Positions 26,442 through 35,672 are shown, counted from the stretch's first letter. The stretch is DNA of 64,000 nt from an uncultured Acetatifactor sp. (GCA_910586215.1 CAJUGH010000015.1:22253-86252), one strand, 5' to 3'. Translations and numbers: made by a program. The notes: generated from the sequence alone by a model not told the origin.

Positions 26442-27620
26442 ATGACAAAAATAGATGTGGTTTCGGGATTTCTGGGAGCAGGGAAGACCACTCTCATCAA
26501 GAAATTGTTGAGTGAAGCCCTGGATGGCAGTAAGACGGTGCTGATCGAGAACGAGTTCGGGGAGATCGGCATTGATGGTGGTTTCCTGAAGGAGTCCGGG
26601 ATTGAGATCAAGGAGATGAATTCCGGCTGTATCTGCTGTTCCCTGGTGGGGGATTTCGGTACTTCCTTGAAGGAAGTGATTGAGACCTATGCACCGGAGC
26701 GCATTCTGATCGAGCCTTCCGGGGTAGGGAAGCTCTCTGATGTGTTGAAGGCAGTAGAGAATGTGGCGGCAGACCTGGATGTACAGGTGAACAGTGCCGT
26801 GGCTGTGGTGGATGCCTCCAAGGCAAAAATGTATATCAAGAATTTCGGGGAATTTTTCATCAATCAGATTGCATATGCAGGCACCATCATCCTCAGCAGG
26901 ACAGACAAGGTAAATGCCGCGAAGGTGGAGGAATGTGTGAAGCTGATCCGGGAGCATAACGGGAAGGCCACGATCATCACCACGCCCCTGGACCAGCTGG
27001 AAGGGAAGGCTGTCCTGGAGACCATAGAGGGCGCGGACACCCTGGATGAGATGATGCAGGAGATGCTGGCCCATGTGCAGGAGGAGCACCATCACCATCA
27101 CGACCATGAGGAGGGAGAATGCTGCCACCATCACCATGAGGAAGAGGAAGGCCATGGGCATCACCACGACCATGAGGAGGGGGAATGCTGCCACCATCAC
27201 CATGAGGAAGAGGAAGGCCATGGGCATCACCACGACCATGAGGAGGGGGAATGCTGCCACCATCATCACGAGGAAGAAGGGCATCACCATGACCATGAGG
27301 GAGAGTGTGGCTGCGGCCATCATCATGACCATCACGGCCACCATCATGCGGATGAAGTCTTCACCAGCTGGGGGAAGGAGACGCCTGCCGTGTATACAAT
27401 GGAGAAGATAGAGGGCATCCTAACAGCATTGGACAGCGGGGAATATGGTGCCATTCTAAGGGCCAAAGGTATGGTGGCCGGTGAGGACGGCACCTGGATT
27501 TACTATGATTATGTGCCAGAGGAGCACGATGTCCGCAGTGGCAGGCCGGAAGTAACTGGTAAGATCTGTGTCATTGGTGCGCAGCTGAAAGAGGATAAGC
27601 TGGAAGAGTTGTTTGGATAA
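26442..27620 (+). CDS. COG0523 (CobW/ZigA/YeiR-type) metallochaperone GTPase with His/Cys-rich insert
   Basis: P-loop GFLGAGKTT, ENEFGE, CICC metal motif, SRTD. The His/Cys/Glu-rich repeat lies between the GTPase and CobW_C-like domains. Confidence 0.9.
   Translation: MTKIDVVSGFLGAGKTTLIKKLLSEALDGSKTVLIENEFGEIGIDGGFLKESGIEIKEMNSGCICCSLVGDFGTSLKEVIETYAPERILIEPSGVGKLSDVLKAVENVAADLDVQVNSAVAVVDASKAKMYIKNFGEFFINQIAYAGTIILSRTDKVNAAKVEECVKLIREHNGKATIITTPLDQLEGKAVLETIEGADTLDEMMQEMLAHVQEEHHHHHDHEEGECCHHHHEEEEGHGHHHDHEEGECCHHHHEEEEGHGHHHDHEEGECCHHHHEEEGHHHDHEGECGCGHHHDHHGHHHADEVFTSWGKETPAVYTMEKIEGILTALDSGEYGAILRAKGMVAGEDGTWIYYDYVPEEHDVRSGRPEVTGKICVIGAQLKEDKLEELFG
27102..27300 (+). repeat. in-frame 66-bp tandem repeat (about 3 units) encoding DHEEGECCHHHHEEEEGHGHHH
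   Basis: Units start at 27102, 27168 and 27234 (the third is shortened and diverged). Confidence 0.85.
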
Positions 27621-27776
27621 GGGTGTCAGGCTTATTAGGGAGATCCAGGGGAACCGACAGGTGCTGGCTTAGGAGAATCCGAAGTAACAGTTCAGTGCCT
27701 GTCTGAACTGTTGCAATCCTAACGGTTCAGGCTTGGAAACGGTCAGGGGAAGGATTGACAGAAAGAGGGTATGAGA

Positions 27777-28709
27777 ATGAAACCAGTCTATATGATCAAT
27801 GGTTTTTTAGAGAGTGGTAAAACGGAGTTTATCTGTTTTACCCTGGCACAGCCTTATTTTCAAGTCAGAGGGAAGACACTTCTGCTTCTGTGCGAAGAAG
27901 GAGAGATCGAATACGAGGAAGAGTTGTTGAAGAAGAGCCGCACGGTGGTGGAGATCATTGAGAACGAAGAAGATTTCAACCCCAACCATCTGACAGAACT
28001 GGAGAAGAAGCACAAGCCAGAGCGGATCATTGTGGAATTTAATGGCATGTGGAACTACAAGAATGTGAAGCTGCCCTGGTACTGGAAAATAGAACAACAG
28101 ATCACCACCATTGACGGTTCCACCTTCCCCATGTATTACACCAATATGCGCTCCCTGCTTGCAGAGATGATCCGCAAATCGGAAATGATCATATTCAACC
28201 GATGTGATGATGTGAAGGAGGATCTGAATGCCTATAAGCGCAATATCAAGGCGGTAAATCCCTCGGCAGATGTGATCTTCGAGGATGCAAATGGTGAGAT
28301 CAATGAGATCTTCGAGGAGGATCTGCCCTATGACTTAAATCAGGAGGTGATATCCCTGGACAACCAGGGATATGGGATCTGGTACCTGGACTCCATGGAT
28401 CACCTGGAGCGCTATGTGGGGAAGAAGATACAGTTTACAGCCATGGTGCTGAAGCCGGATCGGTTCCCGGAAGGGTATTTTGTGCCCGGACGCATGGCCA
28501 TGACCTGCTGTGCCGATGATATGGCATTTCTGGGGTATGCCTGTGAATATGCAGGGGCGGGGAACCTGCAGGACAGGGACTGGGTACAGGTGACAGCTAC
28601 GGTGGCTAAGGAGTATTGGAAGGATTACAACGGGGAAGGCCCTATCCTGCATGCAGAACGTGTGGAGAAGACCAAGGCCCCCAAAGAGGAGATTATCAGT
28701 TTCACCTAG
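27777..28709 (+). CDS. degenerate COG0523-like GTPase fused to DUF1980/TIGR03943-type CC(A)DD C-terminal domain
   Basis: P-loop NGFLESGKTEF, no CxCC motif, FNRCD in place of NKxD. The C-terminus GRMAMTCCADDMAFLGY resembles the DUF1980 metal-associated domain. AAGAGGG RBS favours the ATG at 27777. Confidence 0.7.
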   Translation: MKPVYMINGFLESGKTEFICFTLAQPYFQVRGKTLLLLCEEGEIEYEEELLKKSRTVVEIIENEEDFNPNHLTELEKKHKPERIIVEFNGMWNYKNVKLPWYWKIEQQITTIDGSTFPMYYTNMRSLLAEMIRKSEMIIFNRCDDVKEDLNAYKRNIKAVNPSADVIFEDANGEINEIFEEDLPYDLNQEVISLDNQGYGIWYLDSMDHLERYVGKKIQFTAMVLKPDRFPEGYFVPGRMAMTCCADDMAFLGYACEYAGAGNLQDRDWVQVTATVAKEYWKDYNGEGPILHAERVEKTKAPKEEIISFT

Positions 28710-28774
28710 AGACAGCCAGGGAAGACAGTCTGGGGAGAAATGGATATGAAAGCCACCAGGGTGGGAAATGAGAT

Positions 28775-29545
28775 ATGGCACTGGAAAATGAAAAAGATAT
28801 CATACAACTGAAGAACAGGCTGCAGGACCTGGCAGAACGTGCTTACGCCCAGAACCTTTTTACCTTCACAGGTTTCCTGGGACTGGGGGAACAGGATGTA
28901 TTCTGGCAGCAGGAGAGCCGGCTGCGACATGTGGGCTATACCCTGGATGGGGGTTGTGAGTCTGCGGAGCGGGTGGTGATTCGCTTTGGTGATGGGGAGG
29001 CATTGGGCTATGAGGTGCCATTTCCCATTGTCTGTGTACATGTCATACCTCTTTCCGTGAAGTTTGCGGAGCCGCTTTCCCACCGGGATTTTCTGGGGGC
29101 ACTGATGAACCTGGGAGTGGACAGGAGTACCCTGGGGGATATCAAAGTGGGGGAGAAGGAAGCCTACCTGTTCTGCCTGGACTCCATTGCAGGTTTTCTC
29201 TGTGAGAACTTGACCAAGGTGCGGCATACCCATGTAAAATGTGAAGTGGCGGATACCTGCCAGGTAATGGTGCAGGAAGAACCTGAGATGGTGACGGTCC
29301 AGGTGCAGTCCCTGCGGGTGGATGCGGTCCTGGCCAAGGTCTGCGGTCTGTCCCGGGAGAAGAGCCTGGACTTGTTCCAGGCCGGGAAGGTGTTCGTGGG
29401 CGGCAGGCTCTGTGAGAACAATTCCCGTCTGCTGAAGCCCGGAGAGACTGTGAATGCCAGGGGATACGGGAAGTTTACCCTGCAGGAGGATGTTCGGGAG
29501 ACGAAAAAGGGGAAGCTTTCCGTGGAAGCGGCAGTGTACCGGTAA
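28775..29545 (+). CDS. YlmH-like RNA-binding S4-domain protein
   Basis: N-terminal FTGFLGLGEQ pattern and C-terminal S4 domain LRVDAVLAKVCGLSREKSLDLFQAGKVFVGG. Confidence 0.7.
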   Translation: MALENEKDIIQLKNRLQDLAERAYAQNLFTFTGFLGLGEQDVFWQQESRLRHVGYTLDGGCESAERVVIRFGDGEALGYEVPFPIVCVHVIPLSVKFAEPLSHRDFLGALMNLGVDRSTLGDIKVGEKEAYLFCLDSIAGFLCENLTKVRHTHVKCEVADTCQVMVQEEPEMVTVQVQSLRVDAVLAKVCGLSREKSLDLFQAGKVFVGGRLCENNSRLLKPGETVNARGYGKFTLQEDVRETKKGKLSVEAAVYR

Positions 29546-29645
29546 AGTACGTTTAAAAACTGTAAATCTGGCGCCGGATGGACGACAGGCTGGAGGAAGC
29601 CCCTTGGCAGAACAGACAAGGGACAGACAGTGGAGGTAACGGTAC

Positions 29646-30560
29646 ATGTATCACTACACAATGGTTCAATGGTTCTTTTTATTCTATTTCTATTGTTTCT
29701 TCGGATGGTGTTTTGAGTCTGCCTATGTATCAATAAAGTCCCGGAAACTGACCAACAGGGGATTTATGCGGGGACCTTTCCTGCCACTCTATGGCAGCGG
29801 GGCGATCATGATGCTGGTGGTATCCATGCCTTTCCAGGACAATATATTTCTGGTGTATGTGGCAGGCTGTATAGGAGCTACTGTGCTGGAATACGTGACA
29901 GGTGTTACCATGGAGGCATTGTTCAAGGTGCGCTATTGGGATTATTCCCAGAACAAATTCAATTTCCAGGGGCATATCTGTCTGGGGACTTCCCTGGCCT
30001 GGGGCGGGCTGACCATCTTGATGACGGAAGTGATCCATGTGCCGGTGGAAGCACTGATGCTGTCCATTCCGGGGAGAGTATTGCAGGTCATTACCTGGGG
30101 ACTGTCCGTGGTCATCATTGCGGACTTTTCCATTTCCTTCAAGACAGCCATTGACCTGCGGGATGTCCTGGACCGGATGGAGAAGACCAGGGAGGAACTG
30201 GTACGTATCCAGAAACGTCTGGATGTGATCATTGCATTGACCGGGGAGAGCCTGAGCGACTACAGGGATGCCGCCCAGGAAGGGATAGAAGGACTGGTGA
30301 ATGGAATCGAGCACAAGCTGGAGGGAGTGAAGACTGCCATCCAGATCAAGCCAGGGGAGTATCTGGGAGAGATCAAGGAGGAACTTCTGGAACTGCGGAC
30401 GAAATTTGCCGTGAATATGGAACTGCGCAAAGGTTTAAGTGCCTTGAAGGACTTCTTCCAGAAGGACATGATCCGCTCCAATCCTGGTATGACATCCATG
30501 AAATACAAGGAAGAACTGGAAGAACTGAAGGAGAAGTCCTCCGGGAAGAAAGAAAAATAG
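29646..30560 (+). CDS. PF06541-type (putative ABC-transporter type IV / CmpB-like) membrane protein with coiled-coil C-terminal extension
   Basis: FGWCFESAYVSIKSRKLTNRGFMRGPFLPLYG signature. The last about 130 aa are charged and helical. Confidence 0.7.
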   Translation: MYHYTMVQWFFLFYFYCFFGWCFESAYVSIKSRKLTNRGFMRGPFLPLYGSGAIMMLVVSMPFQDNIFLVYVAGCIGATVLEYVTGVTMEALFKVRYWDYSQNKFNFQGHICLGTSLAWGGLTILMTEVIHVPVEALMLSIPGRVLQVITWGLSVVIIADFSISFKTAIDLRDVLDRMEKTREELVRIQKRLDVIIALTGESLSDYRDAAQEGIEGLVNGIEHKLEGVKTAIQIKPGEYLGEIKEELLELRTKFAVNMELRKGLSALKDFFQKDMIRSNPGMTSMKYKEELEELKEKSSGKKEK

Positions 30561-30661
30561 ATATTCTAATCCGCATTTCCTCGTGCTGGGCGGGATAACG
30601 TTTCAGGAAACAGGCTCTTCGGATTTCCATCCTGCAAGAGAATGTAGATGAAAGGAAGTGA

Positions 30662-31810
30662 ATAGTCGAGACAAAGTGGAGCGTTCCCAATGATAGCCCG
30701 GACACTGACCTGTCCTGCTTCCAGAATGACTTTTACAGCAAAACAAATTCACAGTTATATTCCGGAACCCATTTTGACACGGCGGAGGGAAAGCCCTGTT
30801 ACCTGTTCCTGCTGTCCACCCTGCAGCCTGTCAATGAAGCCAAAGAAGCGGTCATCGTTCTTCTGCCGTTTACCCTGCTGCTGTCCCTGCTGCTGGCGGT
30901 GGTCTTTGCCCTGCTGTATTCCAGGAAAATAGCAAAGCCCTTATCCGAGATCTCTGCGATGACGGCCCGGATGAAGGAACTTGACCCATCAGCGGCATGC
31001 CATGTGGAGACCCGGGACGAGATCGGGATGCTTTCGGAAAATGTCAACGCCCTTTATCAAAGCTTGCTCACCACCATAGACGACCTGCAGAAAGAAAATG
31101 CCCGCGTCAGCCAGGCGGAGGCGGCAAAGGTGGACTTTCTGCGGGCAGCCTCCCATGAACTGAAGACGCCCGTCACAGCGATGCAGGGCATGCTGGACAA
31201 CATGATCATGGGTGTTGGCCGGTACCGGGACTGGGAAACCTATCTGCCGGAATGCCGGGACATAGCACGAAAGTTCGGCGTGATGATACAGGAGATACTG
31301 GGCGCCTCCAGGCTGAGCTTTTCTTTTGGGCAGGAAGCGTTGGAACAAGTGGACATGGGGGCTTTCATGGAAAAAGTGCTGTCCCCTCATATCCTGATTG
31401 CCAGATCAAAGGGCGTTCAGGTGGACACGGATTTTTCCGCTGATTTTTCAGTTGCCTTCCCCGTGAATGCCATGGAAAAGGCCCTGTCCAATGTGCTTTC
31501 AAACGCCGTCAAGTATACGAAACTTCCCGGAAAAGTGCGTGTCTGTTTCCGGGACAGGACTGTAATCGTCGAAAATGAATGCGAGCCCGTTCCGGCTGAC
31601 GTGCTGACACATATTTTTGAGCCGTTCTACAGGCCCGACTTTTCCCGCAGCCGCAGCCACAGCAGCGAAAATCCGGACGGCGGGAACGGCCTGGGACTGT
31701 ATATCGCTGCAAAAATCCTGGGCAGTCTCTCCTGTGGGTTTTCTTTTGAGCCCTTTGCGGATTCAGAGGGGGAAGGGCGCAGCGGTATGCGTTTCACGAT
31801 TTTCTTTTAG
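30662..31810 (+). pseudogene. sensor histidine kinase, 5'-truncated remnant
   Basis: The open frame from 30662 encodes part of an extracytoplasmic domain, TM2, HAMP, SHELKTPVTAMQG H-box and HATPase (GGNGLGLYIA). There is no start codon before the second TM (first candidate is the GTG at 30899), an in-frame TGA at 30659, and no partner regulator. Confidence 0.65.
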
Positions 31811-31825
31811 CGACGATGTGACAGG

Positions 31826-31856
31826 TTCCCTGCTTTTGAAGCGGGGAGCTTTTTTG
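31826..31856 (+). terminator. rho-independent terminator
   Basis: CCCTGCTT / AAGCGGGG stem followed by AGCTTTTTT. Confidence 0.65.
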
Positions 31857-32239
31857 GTGCGCAGATTCGTGATGGGGAGTCTGTCGCCCAAGCGGCATGG
31901 GCTCCGCGGCGGGCAGTGGGGGAGGGCGGCATTCCACTCTGCTGCCGGATTTTGAAACATTGGTGAAACATAGGCTCCATATGGGTGAAACACAGAGATG
32001 CTATTTTTAGAAACGTCATAAGACCAGGAAAGGAGTTGAATGTATAATGCAAATAGGACAGCGGGCATATCTCTATGTCCGGCGTATCACACAAAAAAAT
32101 AGGAACAAAAGGAAATAAAATAGAAGCTGCAATCTACCAACTGGGAGGCAGACAACCCAGATAGTTTCATATAGGATCTAAAAATACAAGCCTTTCTGTA
32201 CATCCTGGTATGTGTTAAAATGGGTAAAGCGGGAGAGAC

Positions 32240-32296
32240 CTTAAACAGTTCTTAATGAATTCCCCCATTTTATGTTAAAAAAATATCTGCTACAAT
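32240..32296 (+). promoter_or_regulatory. candidate OmpR-type direct-repeat site and -10 element upstream of the regulator gene
   Basis: CTTAAA (32240) and CTTAAT (32251) are 11 bp apart. TACAAT at 32291-32296. Confidence 0.3.
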
Positions 32297-32317
32297 TTTA
32301 TCTGTGAGGAGGCAGCC

Positions 32318-33070
32318 ATGTACAACATATTAATCTGTGATGACGAGAGGGATATTGTGAATGCCTTGAAGATCTATCTGAGTGACGCAAACTATACCTT
32401 GTTCGAGGCATTTGACGGCAGCCAGGCGCTTGAAGTAATCTCCAGGGAGGAGATCCACCTGGTATTGATGGATATTATGATGCCTGAAATGGATGGTATA
32501 GAAGCCATGGTGAAGATCCGTGAGAAGAGCAATGTGCCCATTATCCTGCTCACGGCAAAGTCTGAGGATTCAGACAAGATACTGGGGCTTACGGTGGGGG
32601 CAGATGATTACATCACGAAGCCATTTAATCCGGTGGAAGTATCGGCCAGGGTGAAGTCACAATTGCGGCGTTACATGCTGCTGGGCGCAGGGAATATCAA
32701 GTCAGAGGTCCTAAAATGTGGTGGCATTGAACTGGACGATTCTGCCAAGCAGGTATTGTCAGACGGGGAGGAAGTGTCCCTGACACCCACAGAATATGAG
32801 ATTTTAAGGCTATTAATGCAGCATCAGGGTAAAGTGTTCTCACCCAGGGAGATATACCAGAAGATATGGAATGACCTGCCCTATGGCAGTGAAAACACTG
32901 TGGCAGTACACATCCGGCATCTTCGGGAGAAACTGGAGATCAACCCGGCAGAACCAAGATATCTGAAAGTGGTGTGGGGACAGGGCTACAAATGTGAAAA
33001 ACAGGAGGGATTTTCCAGGCCGGAAAGAGGGTGTGTGGACACCCCTCTTTGTACCCGGCCTAAGAGATAG
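32318..33070 (+). CDS. OmpR/PhoB-family response regulator
   Basis: Receiver (ILICDDE, LVLMDIMMP, LTAKS) plus winged helix (LTPTEYEILRLL...VWGQGYK). About 25-aa C-terminal extension. Confidence 0.9.
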   Translation: MYNILICDDERDIVNALKIYLSDANYTLFEAFDGSQALEVISREEIHLVLMDIMMPEMDGIEAMVKIREKSNVPIILLTAKSEDSDKILGLTVGADDYITKPFNPVEVSARVKSQLRRYMLLGAGNIKSEVLKCGGIELDDSAKQVLSDGEEVSLTPTEYEILRLLMQHQGKVFSPREIYQKIWNDLPYGSENTVAVHIRHLREKLEINPAEPRYLKVVWGQGYKCEKQEGFSRPERGCVDTPLCTRPKR

Positions 33071-33145
33071 GACCGGCGACTGGTGGGAAAGGCATAAGAC
33101 CGGGCTATATCCTGGATGGAAATGGGCGCAGAAGGGAGGGCATGG

Positions 33146-35512
33146 ATGAATATGGGGAAGGAATCAGAGAAAGCGCTGAAAGAAGACATAGAAGGTGGCA
33201 TGGCAAAAGAACTGGGAAGGGAAGAAGAAAAGAGGCTGGAGCAGGAGATGTCCCAGGACATGGCAAAAGAACTGGGAAGGGAAGAAGAAAAGAGACTGGA
33301 GCAGGAGATGCTCCGAGACATGGCGAAAGAACTGGGAAGGGAAGAAGAAAAGAGACTGGAACAGGAGATGTCCCAGGACATGGCGAAAGAGTTGGGAAGG
33401 GAATCCAGAGAAGAACAGAAACGGGAGATGGAGTCAGACAGGAAGAAGGGGAAAAGAAGGAAACAAAAGCAGGATCAAAGCACTGGAATGGGGAAACCTG
33501 CGCCAGGGAGCAGGAGGAAAAAGCGTCTGACAGGTTCTATGATAGCCAAGGTATTCGCCTATTTCCTGCTGGCAGCCGCAAGCTTTGTGACAGCAGGCTC
33601 CCTGTTGGGATGCATCCTGGCTGTCAGTGAGGGTTTCTATGTGAAAGAGTCTCTGGAGGAAGTGTTCTTAAGTGAGGCATCCGGACAGATCGTTGATATC
33701 GGATATACAATACGGGATTATCTCATAGAGGGACGGGAAGAGTATGCCGCTGACTACTGTGACTGGTTCGGAGTGGATGTGGATGTGTTTCAGGCCAGTG
33801 ACATGCCGGGGAAGAAGGATTATGAGGCCATCCGTTCCAAATCCAGGGAACAGATTGACAAATCGGATTTCCGGGTCTGGGGAACCTATGACGGCAGTTA
33901 TGATGTGGGCATGATCCGGGATCTGGAGATCAGCTTTGGCAGGGACAGGGAATATGTAATTGTGGCGGGCAGGAAGTGGATGACGGACCTGGACTACATT
34001 TTCAGGGTATATATGGATCCGAAAATGCCAAAAGACAGCAAGCTCGGCCAGACCTATGAATGGGTGTCGTTCCTGTACACATACCGGTATACGGTGATCT
34101 GGATGGCCCTGGCAGGGGGGATGGTCTGTGTGTGTTGTGTTATTTTCCTGCTGTGTGGGGCAGGACACCGCAACGACCAGGAAGGGCTGGTACCAGGGGT
34201 ACTCACCAGCCTGCATCTGGAAATTCTGACAGCTATCTTCGGCATGACAGCCATTGGGATGGTATATGTGATAGTCAGCGTGATCCAGAGACTGGATTAT
34301 ACTTTTATCATCTGGGGGCTGTTCAGTGGAGGGGCGGCGATTATCGTCCTGTGGCTGACAATCTATCTTTGCGAGTGTGCCCTGCGTATGAAGCTTGGCT
34401 GGTGGTGGCAGCACACCCTGGTCTATGTGGTACTGCGGCTGTGTTACCGTATCCTGCGTATGCTGGCCAGGGGAATCCGGGCACTGCTTCGGGGGATGTT
34501 CAGGCTGTTTCGGGGGATTCCCCTGGTGATGATGACCTTGAATATTTTCATCGCAGTCACCTTCCTGGAGTTTATCGGCTGTATCTTGTTCCTGGACAGG
34601 GAAGGAGTGGTGCTGTGGGCCTTGGAAAAGATAGTGTTGCTGGTGGCGGTCCTATATGTGGCCCAGACCTGCAAGAAGCTCCTGGATGCCAGTGCAGCCC
34701 TGGCAGAAGGAGAGCAGGACCATGTGGTGGATACTTCCAGGATGTTTGGAGACTTCAAACGTCACGGGGAGAACTTGAACAGTATCGGCCAGGGGATATC
34801 CAAGGCTGTGGCAGAGCGTATGAAGAGCGAACACATGAAGACAGAACTGATCACCAATGTGTCCCACGATCTGAAGACACCGCTGACCTCCATCATCAAC
34901 TATGCGGACTTGATCTGTGAGGAGAAGTGTGAGAACCCGAAGATCCAGGAGTATGCAGAGGTACTGCTGCGCCAGTCCAGACGGCTGAAGAAGCTTCTGG
35001 AGGATCTGCTGGAGGCTTCCAAGGCCACCACAGGCAACCTGGAGGTTAAGCTGGTCCCCTGTGAGGTAGGGGTACTGCTGTCCCAGGCAGTTGGGGAGTA
35101 CCAGCAGCGCATGGAAGAGAAAAACCTGGACCTGGTGGCCAGGCAGCCGGAAGGGTCTGTACAGATCATGGCAGATGGCAGGCACCTGTGGAGGGTATTC
35201 GACAACTTGCTGAATAATATCTGCAAATACGCCCAGGAGCATTCCAGGGTATATCTCACCGTGGAGCAGAGGGAGGGGCAGGTGTATGTCATCTTCCGGA
35301 ATATGTCCAAGTATCCGCTGGAAATCTTAGGGGAGGAACTGGAGGAACGTTTTGTGAGGGGGGACCGTTCCAGGCATATGGAGGGTAACGGACTGGGATT
35401 GTCCATTGCCAGAAGTTTGATTGATTTACAGGACGGACAGATGCAGATCGTCACAGACGGGGATCTGTTCAAGGTGATACTGACCTTCCGGGAATGGCAT
35501 GCTGCTTCCTAA
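33146..35512 (+). CDS. sensor histidine kinase with repeat-containing charged N-terminal extension
   Basis: GGGAGGG RBS lies 5 nt before the ATG at 33146 (the track ORF starts at 33116). Multiple TM segments, H-box NVSHDLKTPLTSI, HATPase NGLGLSIARSL. Confidence 0.85.
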   Translation: MNMGKESEKALKEDIEGGMAKELGREEEKRLEQEMSQDMAKELGREEEKRLEQEMLRDMAKELGREEEKRLEQEMSQDMAKELGRESREEQKREMESDRKKGKRRKQKQDQSTGMGKPAPGSRRKKRLTGSMIAKVFAYFLLAAASFVTAGSLLGCILAVSEGFYVKESLEEVFLSEASGQIVDIGYTIRDYLIEGREEYAADYCDWFGVDVDVFQASDMPGKKDYEAIRSKSREQIDKSDFRVWGTYDGSYDVGMIRDLEISFGRDREYVIVAGRKWMTDLDYIFRVYMDPKMPKDSKLGQTYEWVSFLYTYRYTVIWMALAGGMVCVCCVIFLLCGAGHRNDQEGLVPGVLTSLHLEILTAIFGMTAIGMVYVIVSVIQRLDYTFIIWGLFSGGAAIIVLWLTIYLCECALRMKLGWWWQHTLVYVVLRLCYRILRMLARGIRALLRGMFRLFRGIPLVMMTLNIFIAVTFLEFIGCILFLDREGVVLWALEKIVLLVAVLYVAQTCKKLLDASAALAEGEQDHVVDTSRMFGDFKRHGENLNSIGQGISKAVAERMKSEHMKTELITNVSHDLKTPLTSIINYADLICEEKCENPKIQEYAEVLLRQSRRLKKLLEDLLEASKATTGNLEVKLVPCEVGVLLSQAVGEYQQRMEEKNLDLVARQPEGSVQIMADGRHLWRVFDNLLNNICKYAQEHSRVYLTVEQREGQVYVIFRNMSKYPLEILGEELEERFVRGDRSRHMEGNGLGLSIARSLIDLQDGQMQIVTDGDLFKVILTFREWHAAS
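33200..33405 (+). repeat. in-frame 60-bp tandem repeat (about 3.4 units) encoding MAKELGREEEKRLEQEMSQD
   Basis: Units start at 33200, 33260, 33320 and 33380 (the last is partial), with only a few substitutions between units. Confidence 0.9.
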
Positions 35513-35672
35513 GGAAAAGGAATGGAGTTGGTGTTATTCAGAAGTAAGTAACAGTTTATAAGCCTGGAGTATGCTTAAGTATGGTAAAAATGGGAAGTAT
35601 GTGGTATGATATCCATGTCATAATATTCTGTAGTTTACAGGCGCCCAGGAGGGCGTATTAGGAGGGATCGGC

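Noticed and set aside
26196-27347. 383-aa minus-strand ORF rich in Met/Val/Leu/Phe repeats
   Set aside because: It is the antisense reading of the His/Cys/Glu tandem repeat and the 5' half of the COG0523 gene. It is low-complexity, has no RBS, and the plus-strand gene has unambiguous GTPase motifs.
32040-32102. 20-codon ORF MYNANRTAGISLCPAYHTKK with an AAAGGAG RBS in the AT-rich spacer upstream of the 32318 regulator
   Set aside because: It is too short and has no supporting features. It is likely fortuitous in an AT-rich intergenic region.
33200-33405. Tandem repeats as a possible CRISPR array (also 27102-27300)
   Set aside because: The units are directly adjacent with no spacers, they are in frame within well-supported genes, and they lack repeat-spacer periodicity. 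No cas genes are in the window.
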